33,542 nt of DNA from an uncultured bacterium (GCA_963981525.1 CAXCDZ010000003.1:1-33542), one strand, 5' to 3'; counted from the first letter of the stretch, positions 16,104-26,062 are shown. Made by a program: numbers and translations. Notes: a model not told the origin generated them from the sequence alone.

Positions 16104-18431
16104 TTATAACCTCGCCCTCTTCCCGATCTCTACCTCCAGAATATTCTTATCCTTCCCGTACTTCAAACGTGACAACTTCTTAATCATCTCCGCGAGTTTA
16201 GGATTAGCTAGCTTACGCTCTGCATCGATATCACGTGTCAGGTCCATCGAGAACGGAGGCATCGGCTCATTATCAACAATTGTTTTTACGAATGTATGAT
16301 ATCGCTCCACGTTCGTGAGGTCTGACTCACTAAACGTTGGCGAGAACTCATGCTGGAGAAAATTAGCATCCTGCACACCTACTCGGAATGAGGCTAGCGT
16401 TCCCACATTCCCAAACACAGCATTCTTTACCTCCTCGTCAATCTGACCAATAAACTGGTTAGCCACAATCAGATTCAAGTGATATTTACGAGCCTCACTT
16501 AAGATGGTTGCAAAATCAGGGGTGGCAAAATTCTGGAACTCGTCAACATAGAGGTTAAAATCACGTCGTTCGGCCTCCGGAATATCTTGCCTACTCATTG
16601 CCGCAATCAAGATTTTAGGGATCAAGATTAGTCCCAAGAATGCCGAGTTCTCCTCCCCAATTCTCCCCTTTGCGAGATTAATTAAGAGGATCTTCCCATC
16701 ATCCATTACCTGCCGAAAATCAAATGCCGACTCAGACTGCCCAATAATATTCCTCATCATCTTGTCAGTAATAAATCGACCAAACTTACTAACAATATAA
16801 TCCAACACCTCTGATTTATGAAAGTCACTGGTCTGCGCGATCTGATCCGTCCAATACCGCTTAACCATCGGATCCTGGATCTTGGGCAAGAGTTCCTGCA
16901 CGAATTTGGCGTCTGTTAACACCCTCACTACCTCGATAAAAGTCGCCCCCGGCTCACTCATCACAGTTAACATTGCGTTACGTATAGCATGCTCAAACCT
17001 AGGACCAATAATACCTGTCTTGTGTGGATCGTACAGTTTGTACATCAGGTTAATAATCGAGCTCGAGACAAAGTGTTTCTGCTCCTCAGTGTGTGCCTCG
17101 ATCATGTTTAGTCCCATCGGGCGCTCAGTATCAAACGGATCAAAATAGATTACATCCTCAGCTCGCTCTGGCGGAATATACTCGAGTATCTTCTCCACCG
17201 TATCATGCGGATCAATAAAACAAACCCCTTTACCAGCCCGGATGTCCTGCAGGATCATATCCATCATAAACTCAGATTTACCCACACCCGTCTTTCCGAT
17301 GATATACATATGCCTTGCCCTATCAGCATCAGACAGATAGATGTCACGTGAGAGCCCACGATACACACTCTTCCCGAGAAACAATCCCTCGTGCGGGATC
17401 TTAGATGGTGCTGGCGCTGACTTGGAGTTGAGCCAGTTGATATGAGGTGTCTCGACTTGTTTATTAGGAAAGTGAAAAATCGTTGCCAGCTCTTCTGCGT
17501 TAAGTACTGACTTTCCATTAAACATTGCCTGATATCGATAGATAAAATCCGTCATAAATAAACGCTTGAGCCAGATTTTTTGCTTCGTCAACTTATTATA
17601 AGGACCCGAGAACTGTGCCATCGTTCCCGAGAACTGTGCCATCAGAGTTTTGGCTTCCTTTTTTGTTGGTGCATTCACCACTAACCTGATCGAAACCTCA
17701 AATCCCGCCTTTCCAGTTGATCTCTCGATCGCCTCCAGAGATCTGGGGTCTACAGAATGTGTAGCGCTCTCTGGATTACTCTCATCCTTTTTGGAACTGC
17801 TAATAAACCCTTGCCCTGATGAGGACCACTTACCTCCAGCTGGCGAGACCACGATCTGGAGCATCCCACCCTCTCCATCGCGCATCTTTGCCATAAATGA
17901 AGTGATCGACGAGAGTGGATCAGTCGGTAAATCACGAAATGATTGGAGCGGATAAAATCCTGCATTTTTCTTAACAAGTGATTTGTACTCTACTTTCCCC
18001 TCTTCCGTAAATATCGTTGGCTCCTCGACCGTCTTAATCTGCGCACCTGGATATGCCCCGTGAATCTGCTTCTCAACTAGATCCATCAACTCCTTTGGAG
18101 CCGACACATAAAATCTAATATCTTCCTTACTCCCCACTATCTCAAAGCTAATCGCATGCTCTGATTGCAAGAAAGAATACCACTCATCATTTTTGACAGA
18201 ATACAAAGAAGCAAACATCTGCTCTGCCGCGTCTATCTTGATCTCATTGTCCCTGGGCAACTTAATCTCTAGAGTCACAAAAGAGAGCGAATACTCCTCA
18301 CGTCCTCGATTGCGAAACCATAATACAAACGCATAGCCCAACGAAAATAGTCCTGCCATCCCTGCCGCTGCAAACACCAACATATAAGCAATATTGGTCA
18401 CTAGCGTCGAGAACTGATCTAATCCATTCAT
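16104..18431 (-). CDS. VirB4/TraG(TrwB)/HerA-like P-loop ATPase with N-terminal TM
   Basis: 'RHMYIIGKTGVGKS', 'FIDPH', 'LYVDEFQNF', 'SEARKY', 'ANQFIGQ'. Confidence 0.88.
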   Translation of the reverse strand: MNGLDQFSTLVTNIAYMLVFAAAGMAGLFSLGYAFVLWFRNRGREEYSLSFVTLEIKLPRDNEIKIDAAEQMFASLYSVKNDEWYSFLQSEHAISFEIVGSKEDIRFYVSAPKELMDLVEKQIHGAYPGAQIKTVEEPTIFTEEGKVEYKSLVKKNAGFYPLQSFRDLPTDPLSSITSFMAKMRDGEGGMLQIVVSPAGGKWSSSGQGFISSSKKDESNPESATHSVDPRSLEAIERSTGKAGFEVSIRLVVNAPTKKEAKTLMAQFSGTMAQFSGPYNKLTKQKIWLKRLFMTDFIYRYQAMFNGKSVLNAEELATIFHFPNKQVETPHINWLNSKSAPAPSKIPHEGLFLGKSVYRGLSRDIYLSDADRARHMYIIGKTGVGKSEFMMDMILQDIRAGKGVCFIDPHDTVEKILEYIPPERAEDVIYFDPFDTERPMGLNMIEAHTEEQKHFVSSSIINLMYKLYDPHKTGIIGPRFEHAIRNAMLTVMSEPGATFIEVVRVLTDAKFVQELLPKIQDPMVKRYWTDQIAQTSDFHKSEVLDYIVSKFGRFITDKMMRNIIGQSESAFDFRQVMDDGKILLINLAKGRIGEENSAFLGLILIPKILIAAMSRQDIPEAERRDFNLYVDEFQNFATPDFATILSEARKYHLNLIVANQFIGQIDEEVKNAVFGNVGTLASFRVGVQDANFLQHEFSPTFSESDLTNVERYHTFVKTIVDNEPMPPFSMDLTRDIDAERKLANPKLAEMIKKLSRLKYGKDKNILEVEIGKRARL

Positions 18432-18817
18432 TTTTTAACCTCCGGAATATCTTGCAATGATACTCTCATACCTAGTCGCTTTAATTGCTTAATTCTCCTC
18501 ATCGCCCATGCTACCAACCAGGTAATACTGTTCTCGATAGGCGCTCTCTTCCCCTTACTCATTCCAACTTGCGTCACTGGCAAATTAATTGGAGGTTGCT
18601 GACTATCATCTTGTTGCACTATCACAGTATCATCCTGTACTCCAGGTGCTCCCTTTGGGATCCGCGCAAACCTTTTCTCAATCTTCTCCATCCAGCTCTC
18701 TACCTCCAGATTTTCCTCTTCTTTTTGTGGCAACTCTACACTAGGCATGGGATCAACTACTGCCTCTCGCACTCCTTCAATTATCTCTTTTTTCTTGCCA
18801 ATTTCTACCACAAACAC
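18428..18817 (-). CDS. hypothetical protein
   Basis: 129 aa; its stop overlaps the ATPase start (ATGA); GGAG lies just upstream of the GTG. Confidence 0.75.
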   Translation of the reverse strand: MFVVEIGKKKEIIEGVREAVVDPMPSVELPQKEEENLEVESWMEKIEKRFARIPKGAPGVQDDTVIVQQDDSQQPPINLPVTQVGMSKGKRAPIENSITWLVAWAMRRIKQLKRLGMRVSLQDIPEVKK

Positions 18818-18918
18818 CTCCTATTATTATAATATTGTGCAGTCACTCCATAGCTTTATGCGACGGGTGATACATTCATTATACGGCAATTCTCAGCTTC
18901 TTACCCTGACTAACTTTC

Positions 18919-19449
18919 TTAGTAATCAAGCCCCTTCACTGCCTTCTCTCCTTTATCAAACGGATGCTTAATTTTCTTACACTCCGTCACAAGATCAGCA
19001 CCTGCGAGGATGGTCCTCGCAGGATCAGTTCCCATTCTTCCTGTCATCACTATGTGCGTCTCTCCTCTCTCCTCTACTAGCTTCACAATCTCCTCTTCAC
19101 TTAACAACTCATCTCCCATCGTATTAATAATCTCATCTAACACCAACACATCCACCTCACCCATCAACTCTCTAGATTTTTTGAATGCTGCCTGTGCAGC
19201 CTGCTTGTGCTCCTCGGGTGTCCCGTGGTCTGTTGGCAACTGATAAAACCCACTCCCTAATGGATAGATCTTAATATTCTCAAATTTCTCCCCCAGCTTA
19301 TGCTCCGCAACCGGCCATCTCTCCTCCTTGTACCACTGCACTATCGCGACCTTCATCCCCGTTAATGCCGCCCGCACCGCAACACCCAACGCGGCTGAGG
19401 TCTTCCCCTTTCCCTCACCCGTAAATATATAAAATAATCCCTTACTCAT
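18919..19449 (-). CDS. cobO: cob(I)yrinic acid a,c-diamide adenosyltransferase (CobO/BtuR/CobA)
   Basis: 'YIFTGEGKGKTSAALG', 'LVLDEI', 'VMTGR', 'ADLVTE', 'KHPFDKGEKAVKGLDY'. Confidence 0.93.
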   Translation of the reverse strand: MSKGLFYIFTGEGKGKTSAALGVAVRAALTGMKVAIVQWYKEERWPVAEHKLGEKFENIKIYPLGSGFYQLPTDHGTPEEHKQAAQAAFKKSRELMGEVDVLVLDEIINTMGDELLSEEEIVKLVEERGETHIVMTGRMGTDPARTILAGADLVTECKKIKHPFDKGEKAVKGLDY

Positions 19450-20093
19450 TCTTCGAGTCCTATCTTCTCTCCTATTATCTCGATCTCCACCTGCTTAGGA
19501 TCTACCTCTATCACCACTCCCATCTCCTCAAGTAATTGGGCAGTTAATACTACCGGCATCCCAATAATCGCCGAGAATACGCCAGTTTGCTCCATCACCC
19601 ACTCTTTTGCTCCTCCTTGAATCGCATAACACCCCGCAAACCCTTTCCATTTCCCGTCCGTAATATACTGCGTGAGCTCTTGCTCACTAACATCCCGGAA
19701 TCTCACCTCTCCCACTGCACTCCCCACCGCTCGCTCACCTGTCAATGAGTCTACGACTGCCACTCCTGTCACGACCTCATGACTCTTCCCAATCAACTTC
19801 AAGAGGATCTCTCTAGCTTCATCCTCGCTATGTGCCTTCCCTAATATCTCGCCATTCATACCTGCCTGCGCAGGCAGGCTCACCACCGTATCCCCCCCGA
19901 TCACTAGCGCGTCCTCCTCACTACTTATTGCCAAAGCTTTCTGCAACGCCAGCTCCTCAACTAACTCTCGCGGATTCTCGCACGCAATACTCGACTCATC
20001 AAACCCAGATTCCTGGATCGCGTACTCCACACCGAGTCTGGTCAGGATCTCACTTCGCCTTGGTGACTTACTCGCCAGAATTATATTTTGCAT
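19446..20093 (-). CDS. maf: Maf-family nucleoside triphosphate pyrophosphatase
   Basis: 'IILASKSPRRSEIL', 'LALQKA', 'IGGDTVV', 'ILGK', 'AGCYAIQG'. Confidence 0.94.
   Translation of the reverse strand: MQNIILASKSPRRSEILTRLGVEYAIQESGFDESSIACENPRELVEELALQKALAISSEEDALVIGGDTVVSLPAQAGMNGEILGKAHSEDEAREILLKLIGKSHEVVTGVAVVDSLTGERAVGSAVGEVRFRDVSEQELTQYITDGKWKGFAGCYAIQGGAKEWVMEQTGVFSAIIGMPVVLTAQLLEEMGVVIEVDPKQVEIEIIGEKIGLEE
19861..19878. repeat. perfect 18-bp palindrome inside maf
   Basis: CCTGCCTGCGCAGGCAGG equals its own reverse complement; a 15/18 copy lies at 1775-1792 in comM. Confidence 0.85.
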
Positions 20094-20102
20094 TTTCTTA
20101 TT

Positions 20103-22433
20103 CTACCCCCCGCATACCGAATATCCACATCCATAACACTTCGAGCACCCTTCCTCTTTCACAAGCTTTGCTCCGCACTCTGGGCACGCATTCGCATGAG
20201 TTTCTCCGTTTCTCCGTTTCTCCGTTTCTCCGTTTTTTTTACGTTCAGCTAACGTTTCGCTTCTAATCTTACTTTGTATAATTTGCTTTGCCCCTGACTC
20301 ACCGACACGCTGACTCGCTGATCCGACAGACAATATCTGCCCCTCAATACTCCCATCACGGTAACACGTAATCCCTTTACATCCTGCTTTCCATGCACTC
20401 ATATACGCATCCCCCACCTCCTCGATCGTCGCCGTAGAGGGGAAGTTGATAGTCTTACTCACCGCATTATCAGTATAACTCTGCCATGCAGCCTGCATGC
20501 TTATATGCCACTCGGGCTTGATATCATGTGCCGTCCTGTAAACTTGCTTTACTTCTTCTGGCACACCGGACACGTGAGAGAGACTCCCCTCGCGCACTAC
20601 GTCACGTATTATCCTGTCACGCACCTTATGTTCCGGATCTCCGTCTGCCCATTTAGATACCTCCAACTCCCTCTCAAAATATTGGTTAATATAGGAGAGT
20701 CCCGCCTCTTCCACCACGTTCTTAGTGTATGCGAGAGCAAACACCGGCTCGATCCCGCTCGACGCTCCCGCTAACATCGAGATACTCCCAGTCGGCGCAA
20801 TCGTCGTGATCGCGACATTACGAACCTTCCGCGCCCCTAGCGAAGCCTTAGGCGAAGTGGGGTTAGCAAACGACGACTCACTCCAACGCGGGAACTCTCC
20901 TTTTTCACGCGCTAGCTCCACACTCATCTCCCAACTTACCTCTTGGATATACTTCGCAACTTTGCGAGCTAACTTGACCCCTTCTTTACCGTCATACGCC
21001 ACTCGCAGTTGGTATAGCATGTCCGCCCACCCCATTACCCCCAGCCCAATCCGACGATTAGCTTTCACAGTTTTCGTAATCTGCGGGAGTGGGTACTTAC
21101 ACGCATCAATCACATTATCAAGCATCCTCACTCCCACTCGCACTGTATGCTTGAGCTTATCCCAATCAATTTCTTTCCGTACTCCATTTGCTGTATGCTG
21201 CTTGCCATCTCGCACATGTCGTGCGAGATTAACCGATCCCAGATTACACGCATCAAAAGGATGAAGTGGCTGCTCTCCACATGGATTAGTCGAGTCAATC
21301 TCGCCGAACGCTTCTTTAAGCGGATTATTCTTGTTAATTGGATCCAGGAATATGAGCCCTGGGTCACCAGTGCGCCATGCTAACGTCACTAATTGGTTAT
21401 AAAGACTCCTCGCCCGCACCACCGTTACCACCTTCCCATCTCTAGGGTTCTTGAGCTCCCACTCACGGTCACGATCCACTGCCCTCATAAACTTATCTCT
21501 CACTCCTACCGAGATATTAAAGTTCGCAATCTCCCCAGTCTCTTGTTTTGCCGAGATAAACTCCATAATGTCAGGGTGATCAATATTCAGAATCCCCATA
21601 TTCGCCCCTCTCTTCTTCCCTCCCTGCATCACTTGTCTAGTCGCAATATCAAAAACTTTCATAAATGATATAGGGCCAGTCGCAAATCCTCCCGATGACT
21701 TTGTAATCACGTCGCCTCTGGGCCTAAGATTAGAGAAGTTAAATCCAGTTCCTCCTCCTTTTTGATGGACCATCGCCATCCACTTCACCGCATCAAATAT
21801 TCCCTCCATCGAATCCTCGACTGGGAGCACAAAACAGCTAGCCAGTTGAGATTGCGGAGTCCCCGCATTGTTAAGTGTTCTCCCAGCGGGCAAGAATTCT
21901 AGCTTACTCATCACCTCATAAAATTCCTGCTCAACTTGCTTTCTTTTTTCTTTCTTTTCCACTTTTGCCAAGTTACGTGCCACGCGGTGAAACAGCTCAC
22001 TTGGCGTCTCCACCACTACCCCGTCCTCGTTCTTCAAGAGAAACCTACTCTCCATAATCTTGAGTTGATTTACCGAAAAATCAAGATCATCCTTCACTCC
22101 CAGCTGCCTCTCCGCTCGTCGGTCTTGACTTCTTTTTTCTCGATACAGAATATATGCCTTTGCAGTTTTGTAATATCCTGCTGCCATAAGAACTTGTTCA
22201 ACTATGTCCTGAACCTGCTCGACTGATGGAATCTTGTGATCTGATTTAACTAGCAGAGTTACCGCAATCTCAGCTAGTCTCCTCGCCTCCTTCTTAGCTT
22301 GTGGTGAGCCTGCCGAACCATACTCTCCAGTCTCTACCCCTGCTCGCACGATCACCTCCACCAGCTTAGACTGGTCAAATATAACCTCTCTCCCATCTCG
22401 TTTGATTATTTTTTTGATCATCTTATCTTTCAT
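20103..22433 (-). CDS. nrdJ: class II (AdoCbl-dependent) ribonucleotide reductase with N-terminal ATP cone, intein-free (copy 3)
   Basis: ATP cone 'IIKRDGREVIFD...VEQVQDIVE', 'QLASCFV', uninterrupted 'TNPCGEQ', 'ACNLGS', 'TIAPTGS', C-terminal 'CPECG...EGCSKCYGCGYSVC'. Confidence 0.95.
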   Translation of the reverse strand: MKDKMIKKIIKRDGREVIFDQSKLVEVIVRAGVETGEYGSAGSPQAKKEARRLAEIAVTLLVKSDHKIPSVEQVQDIVEQVLMAAGYYKTAKAYILYREKRSQDRRAERQLGVKDDLDFSVNQLKIMESRFLLKNEDGVVVETPSELFHRVARNLAKVEKKEKRKQVEQEFYEVMSKLEFLPAGRTLNNAGTPQSQLASCFVLPVEDSMEGIFDAVKWMAMVHQKGGGTGFNFSNLRPRGDVITKSSGGFATGPISFMKVFDIATRQVMQGGKKRGANMGILNIDHPDIMEFISAKQETGEIANFNISVGVRDKFMRAVDRDREWELKNPRDGKVVTVVRARSLYNQLVTLAWRTGDPGLIFLDPINKNNPLKEAFGEIDSTNPCGEQPLHPFDACNLGSVNLARHVRDGKQHTANGVRKEIDWDKLKHTVRVGVRMLDNVIDACKYPLPQITKTVKANRRIGLGVMGWADMLYQLRVAYDGKEGVKLARKVAKYIQEVSWEMSVELAREKGEFPRWSESSFANPTSPKASLGARKVRNVAITTIAPTGSISMLAGASSGIEPVFALAYTKNVVEEAGLSYINQYFERELEVSKWADGDPEHKVRDRIIRDVVREGSLSHVSGVPEEVKQVYRTAHDIKPEWHISMQAAWQSYTDNAVSKTINFPSTATIEEVGDAYMSAWKAGCKGITCYRDGSIEGQILSVGSASQRVGESGAKQIIQSKIRSETLAERKKNGETEKRRNGETHANACPECGAKLVKEEGCSKCYGCGYSVCGG
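20201..20232. repeat. (TTTCTCCG)4 perfect tandem repeat in the nrdJ copy 3 linker
   Basis: Read directly from the sequence; encodes NGETEKRRNGET. Confidence 0.9.
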
Positions 22434-22442
22434 TAATAATTT

Positions 22443-22576
22443 TGACTAACAAAATTTGCTTAATATCTTGTTTGTGAAATTTTTAGCAGGCTGACGAGCC
22501 GAGAGTAAAGATAAATTTTCTACCAAGAAAATATTATCGGTTTCTAAAAACAACGGTGTTAAGCAAATTATAGTCA
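22443..22576. other. long branched inverted-repeat element filling the mazG-like/nrdJ spacer
   Basis: AATTTGCTTAATATC (22453-22467) pairs with GGTGTTAAGCAAATT (22555-22569); further nested stems inside. Confidence 0.65.
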
Positions 22577-22579
22577 TAA

Positions 22580-23005
22580 TTATTCCGCCAATGGGTGGCT
22601 TCCTCGATACTTTGCCTTAATCTGATAATAATGCTTACGCTTCTCCTCATCCGTCAGGTCACTCGAAAACTTCTCTGCTGGATACTTAATCTCATTTTTT
22701 TTCATTTTTTGTACTAGTGCTCGCGTTACATCAATATCCAATCTGTTTGCCATCGAAAGTACCCACCACAATACATCTGCCAACTCATCACAAATCGGAC
22801 CATACAGCTTTGCCTCCTCAAGCACTTCCTTTCCTGACTTAAACTGAAAATGCTCAAGTAACTCAGATACCTCCAAAACCATCGAAAGAGCGATATCCTT
22901 CGGACTCTCACTCCCCCACCCACGCTTGGACTGGAAGTCTCTGACTTTCTCTCTCAGATCCTCTAGCTTCGCTGTCTGATCTGTTAATTGTTGTGTATCG
23001 CTCAT
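22580..23005 (-). CDS. MazG-like (all-alpha) nucleotide pyrophosphohydrolase
   Basis: 'SPKDIALSMVLEVSELLEHFQF', 'DELADV', 'KMKKNEIKYP'. Confidence 0.9.
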   Translation of the reverse strand: MSDTQQLTDQTAKLEDLREKVRDFQSKRGWGSESPKDIALSMVLEVSELLEHFQFKSGKEVLEEAKLYGPICDELADVLWWVLSMANRLDIDVTRALVQKMKKNEIKYPAEKFSSDLTDEEKRKHYYQIKAKYRGSHPLAE

Positions 23006-23026
23006 ATTATCTTTCTATTATTAATA

Positions 23027-26000
23027 TCACCCACAAACCGAGAAGCCGCAATCATAACACTTTGAGCATCCCTCTTCTTTCCGCAGTGTCCCTCCACACT
23101 CCGGACACACTGGATTCACTGAATCTACTGAGCCACTCGAAACAAGAACCTGGTCTTGTTTCGATCCATCCCGATAAATCGTGATCCCCTTACACCCCGC
23201 CCTCCATGCCTGCATATATGCCTCCTCCACCTCCTCCACTGTCGCACTTGATGGAAAGTTAATCGTTTTGCTGATCGAGTTATCAAAAGATTCTTGCCAC
23301 GCAGCCTGGATCTTAACGTGCCACTCTGGCTCTACCTCATGCGTAGTAACAAATAGCTTCCTCTCTTCCTTTGAGAGCGTCTCTTTCTCATTATTTGCGA
23401 GTTTAGTGAGGATATCTTCTATCTCTTTTTTCTTATACTTGCTCTTCAGATACTCCTTGAGCACCGGATCCACCATCACAAGCTCACGGGTCGAGTGATT
23501 GCTCTTATCATCCTCATAGAATGTCCGTCTCTTTGTCACGAGTGAGAACACTGGCTCAATCCCAGAACTTGTGTCTGCAAGAATCGAGATCGTCCCAGTT
23601 GGCGCAATCATCGTCACTGCACAGTTTCGCATTGGCTGGCCCTTGGCTGGATATACCGACATGTCCCAGTTGGGGAATGACCCTCTCTCTTCTGCTAGCT
23701 CCTCACTCATCTCCTTAGCCTCTGTGTAGATAAACTTGGATAGTTTCTTTGCCATTTTCACCGCACTAGCCGAATTATACGGAACACCAAGTCGGTACAG
23801 TAAGTGAGAGAATCCCATCACTCCGAGCCCGATCCGTCTATTCCCGAGCTTCACCGTCTGCTCAATTTCTGGAATCGGATAGGCATTCACCTCGATCATG
23901 TTATCGAGGAATCGTACCCCTAGTCTCACGGATTCTTTTAGCTCATCCCAATCGATCTCGTCATCTTTGATATGCCTTGCTAGATCAATGCTAGTTAGAT
24001 TACACGACTCATATGGGAATAGCGCAATCTCACCGCAATTATGCACCACCAATCCATTTGCCACAAATGAATGAGTCTCTTGTTCAGTTAGATCATAAAC
24101 AGCTTCCTTCCCAACCATCTCAATATTAATTATTTCTTCCTCAAACTTCATTGCATAATAAGTTTTTCCTCTCAATTTTGCTATTTTCTTTTCATGCATC
24201 TCAAACAGAAACCCAACTTCATCAAGAAATTTAATTACCACATCTTTAGATATCTCTAACTCCCACAATAATCCATCAGAGCTGTATCTTCGCACCTCAC
24301 CATCAGCTGCTACATACTCAGGAAAAAGATCCACTCTAGCTGCTCTTGATCTATCATAAATTCTCGCCTTAATTCCTAACTGCAACAACAATAACTGCAC
24401 ATCTCTCAACAATTCTATTGACTTACTTGTTAGTCGCACATAAGCCGACTTATTTTTTACATATCCAACAGTACCATCAGCTGAGAATAATCCCTGCAAA
24501 AACCCTACCACCACTTCTCTTGGCGCCTCGTAAATACTCTCTGGCACCCGCTTATATTCAGAGGTAACAGGCAAAACTCCCAATTTCATAAAATACTCAA
24601 CCACAAATTTACTGTTCACAAATATCTGCTTTGCACGCTCAGTGGGATTATGCAATCTACCTGATCTAGCCCACTTTTGCATTAGTTGTAAAAAATAATC
24701 CACTGCTTTCTTATATTTATCCCCAGCACCAAACGTTAGATTCACATATGCTCCATGTGTCTCAGTAGCTTCCCGCAAAAATCCATCTCCCACCATCCAC
24801 CCCATTACTTGGCCTAACTCCTTATTCCATTTTTTTGGTAGATCAAAATCATAACTCCTACCATTTCTACCCTTTCTGTTATTACTCCACTCAAACGGCA
24901 ATTTTTTATTTCTACCAAACTGCCCTTCTCCCATTTGAATTAATACTTTGTCTCCCAACTCAAGTTCCCCCAACTCTTTCCACCCATTCACAGTCATTAT
25001 TTTATGATCTCTCGTAGCCTTGATTCTATATCCTGATTTTGTCTCAACCTGCCAAACTTCTTTTTTGCCTGTTTTTACTACATTGCTAGCTGTGCAAATT
25101 TTTACCCCCTCTTCTCCCGCCACCCTTCTATCAACTACTACTCGCACATTTTGCATATTAACTAATTTCTCAAATCTCACCAGCCCTTCATTAGTAGATA
25201 TAAGAGCATCTCCAGTAATACACGGGTTAGTAGCATCTAGTTGTCCAAACTGTGGCACTGTATTCCCACGCTCGGTGGTATCAAGAAACATCAATCCTGG
25301 ATCTCCTGATTGGTGAGCCATCTGGGCAATTCCGCGGAATAGCTTCTTAGCTTTAACTTTTCTCACCACTTTTTGCGTTCGAGGATTAATTAGTTCCCAA
25401 TTCTTATCATTCTCGACTGCGCTCATAAACTCATCCGTCACACCAACCGAAACATTAAAATTCTTAATTGTTCCATCAGTCTCTTTTAACTCAACAAAAC
25501 TCTCAATATCAGGGTGATCCGCATTCAGTATCGCAATATTCGCTCCTTGTCTTTTTGCTCCCTGCAAGATCTGTGAGAGTGCTGCCGAGTATGCCCGGAC
25601 AAAATCCACCGGCCCCGATGAGGCTCCTGCCACGTTTTTTACCTTATCTCCGTGCGGACGAATCTTAGAGAAATTAAACCCAGTCCCCCCATTATTCTTA
25701 TGCACCACCGCCGCCTCACCCAGGGTTTTAAATATAGTATCAATCGAGTCCTCAACTGGGAGCACAAAACAGCTTGATAATTGTCCTGTTCCACCCGGGT
25801 TTCCTGCCTCAAACATCGCCTTACCCGCACACACCATCTTCATTGATACCATCCTGTTATAGAACTTGATGGCCGTCTCCATCACAATCCCATTAGTTCC
25901 CCAGGTAACCTCGGCCTTCGCCATATGATACGCCACCCTCCACAACATCTCTCCTGGAGTCTCCAGCACCTTTCCTTCCATGTCTTGCCTGAGATATCTC

Positions 26001-26062
26001 TTACGAGCAATCTCGATCGCATTCTTAGTTAGCTTTGGTTCTATTATTTTTGGTTTACGCAT
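23027..26062 (-). CDS. nrdJ: class II ribonucleotide reductase, intein-containing (copy 2)
   Basis: 'QLSSCFV', 'ATNP[intein]CGEI', 'ESCNL', 'RRIGLGVMG', 'MIAPTGT', C-terminal Cys cluster. Confidence 0.95.
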   Translation of the reverse strand: MRKPKIIEPKLTKNAIEIARKRYLRQDMEGKVLETPGEMLWRVAYHMAKAEVTWGTNGIVMETAIKFYNRMVSMKMVCAGKAMFEAGNPGGTGQLSSCFVLPVEDSIDTIFKTLGEAAVVHKNNGGTGFNFSKIRPHGDKVKNVAGASSGPVDFVRAYSAALSQILQGAKRQGANIAILNADHPDIESFVELKETDGTIKNFNVSVGVTDEFMSAVENDKNWELINPRTQKVVRKVKAKKLFRGIAQMAHQSGDPGLMFLDTTERGNTVPQFGQLDATNPCITGDALISTNEGLVRFEKLVNMQNVRVVVDRRVAGEEGVKICTASNVVKTGKKEVWQVETKSGYRIKATRDHKIMTVNGWKELGELELGDKVLIQMGEGQFGRNKKLPFEWSNNRKGRNGRSYDFDLPKKWNKELGQVMGWMVGDGFLREATETHGAYVNLTFGAGDKYKKAVDYFLQLMQKWARSGRLHNPTERAKQIFVNSKFVVEYFMKLGVLPVTSEYKRVPESIYEAPREVVVGFLQGLFSADGTVGYVKNKSAYVRLTSKSIELLRDVQLLLLQLGIKARIYDRSRAARVDLFPEYVAADGEVRRYSSDGLLWELEISKDVVIKFLDEVGFLFEMHEKKIAKLRGKTYYAMKFEEEIINIEMVGKEAVYDLTEQETHSFVANGLVVHNCGEIALFPYESCNLTSIDLARHIKDDEIDWDELKESVRLGVRFLDNMIEVNAYPIPEIEQTVKLGNRRIGLGVMGFSHLLYRLGVPYNSASAVKMAKKLSKFIYTEAKEMSEELAEERGSFPNWDMSVYPAKGQPMRNCAVTMIAPTGTISILADTSSGIEPVFSLVTKRRTFYEDDKSNHSTRELVMVDPVLKEYLKSKYKKKEIEDILTKLANNEKETLSKEERKLFVTTHEVEPEWHVKIQAAWQESFDNSISKTINFPSSATVEEVEEAYMQAWRAGCKGITIYRDGSKQDQVLVSSGSVDSVNPVCPECGGTLRKEEGCSKCYDCGFSVCG
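24038..25222 (-). mobile_element. intein (395 aa) with LAGLIDADG homing endonuclease, canonical C...HN/C
   Basis: Starts 'CITGDALI', block B 'IKATRDH', endonuclease motifs 'MGWMVGDG' and 'FLQGLFSADG', ends 'VYDL...SFVANGLVVHN' before Cys+1. Confidence 0.96.
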
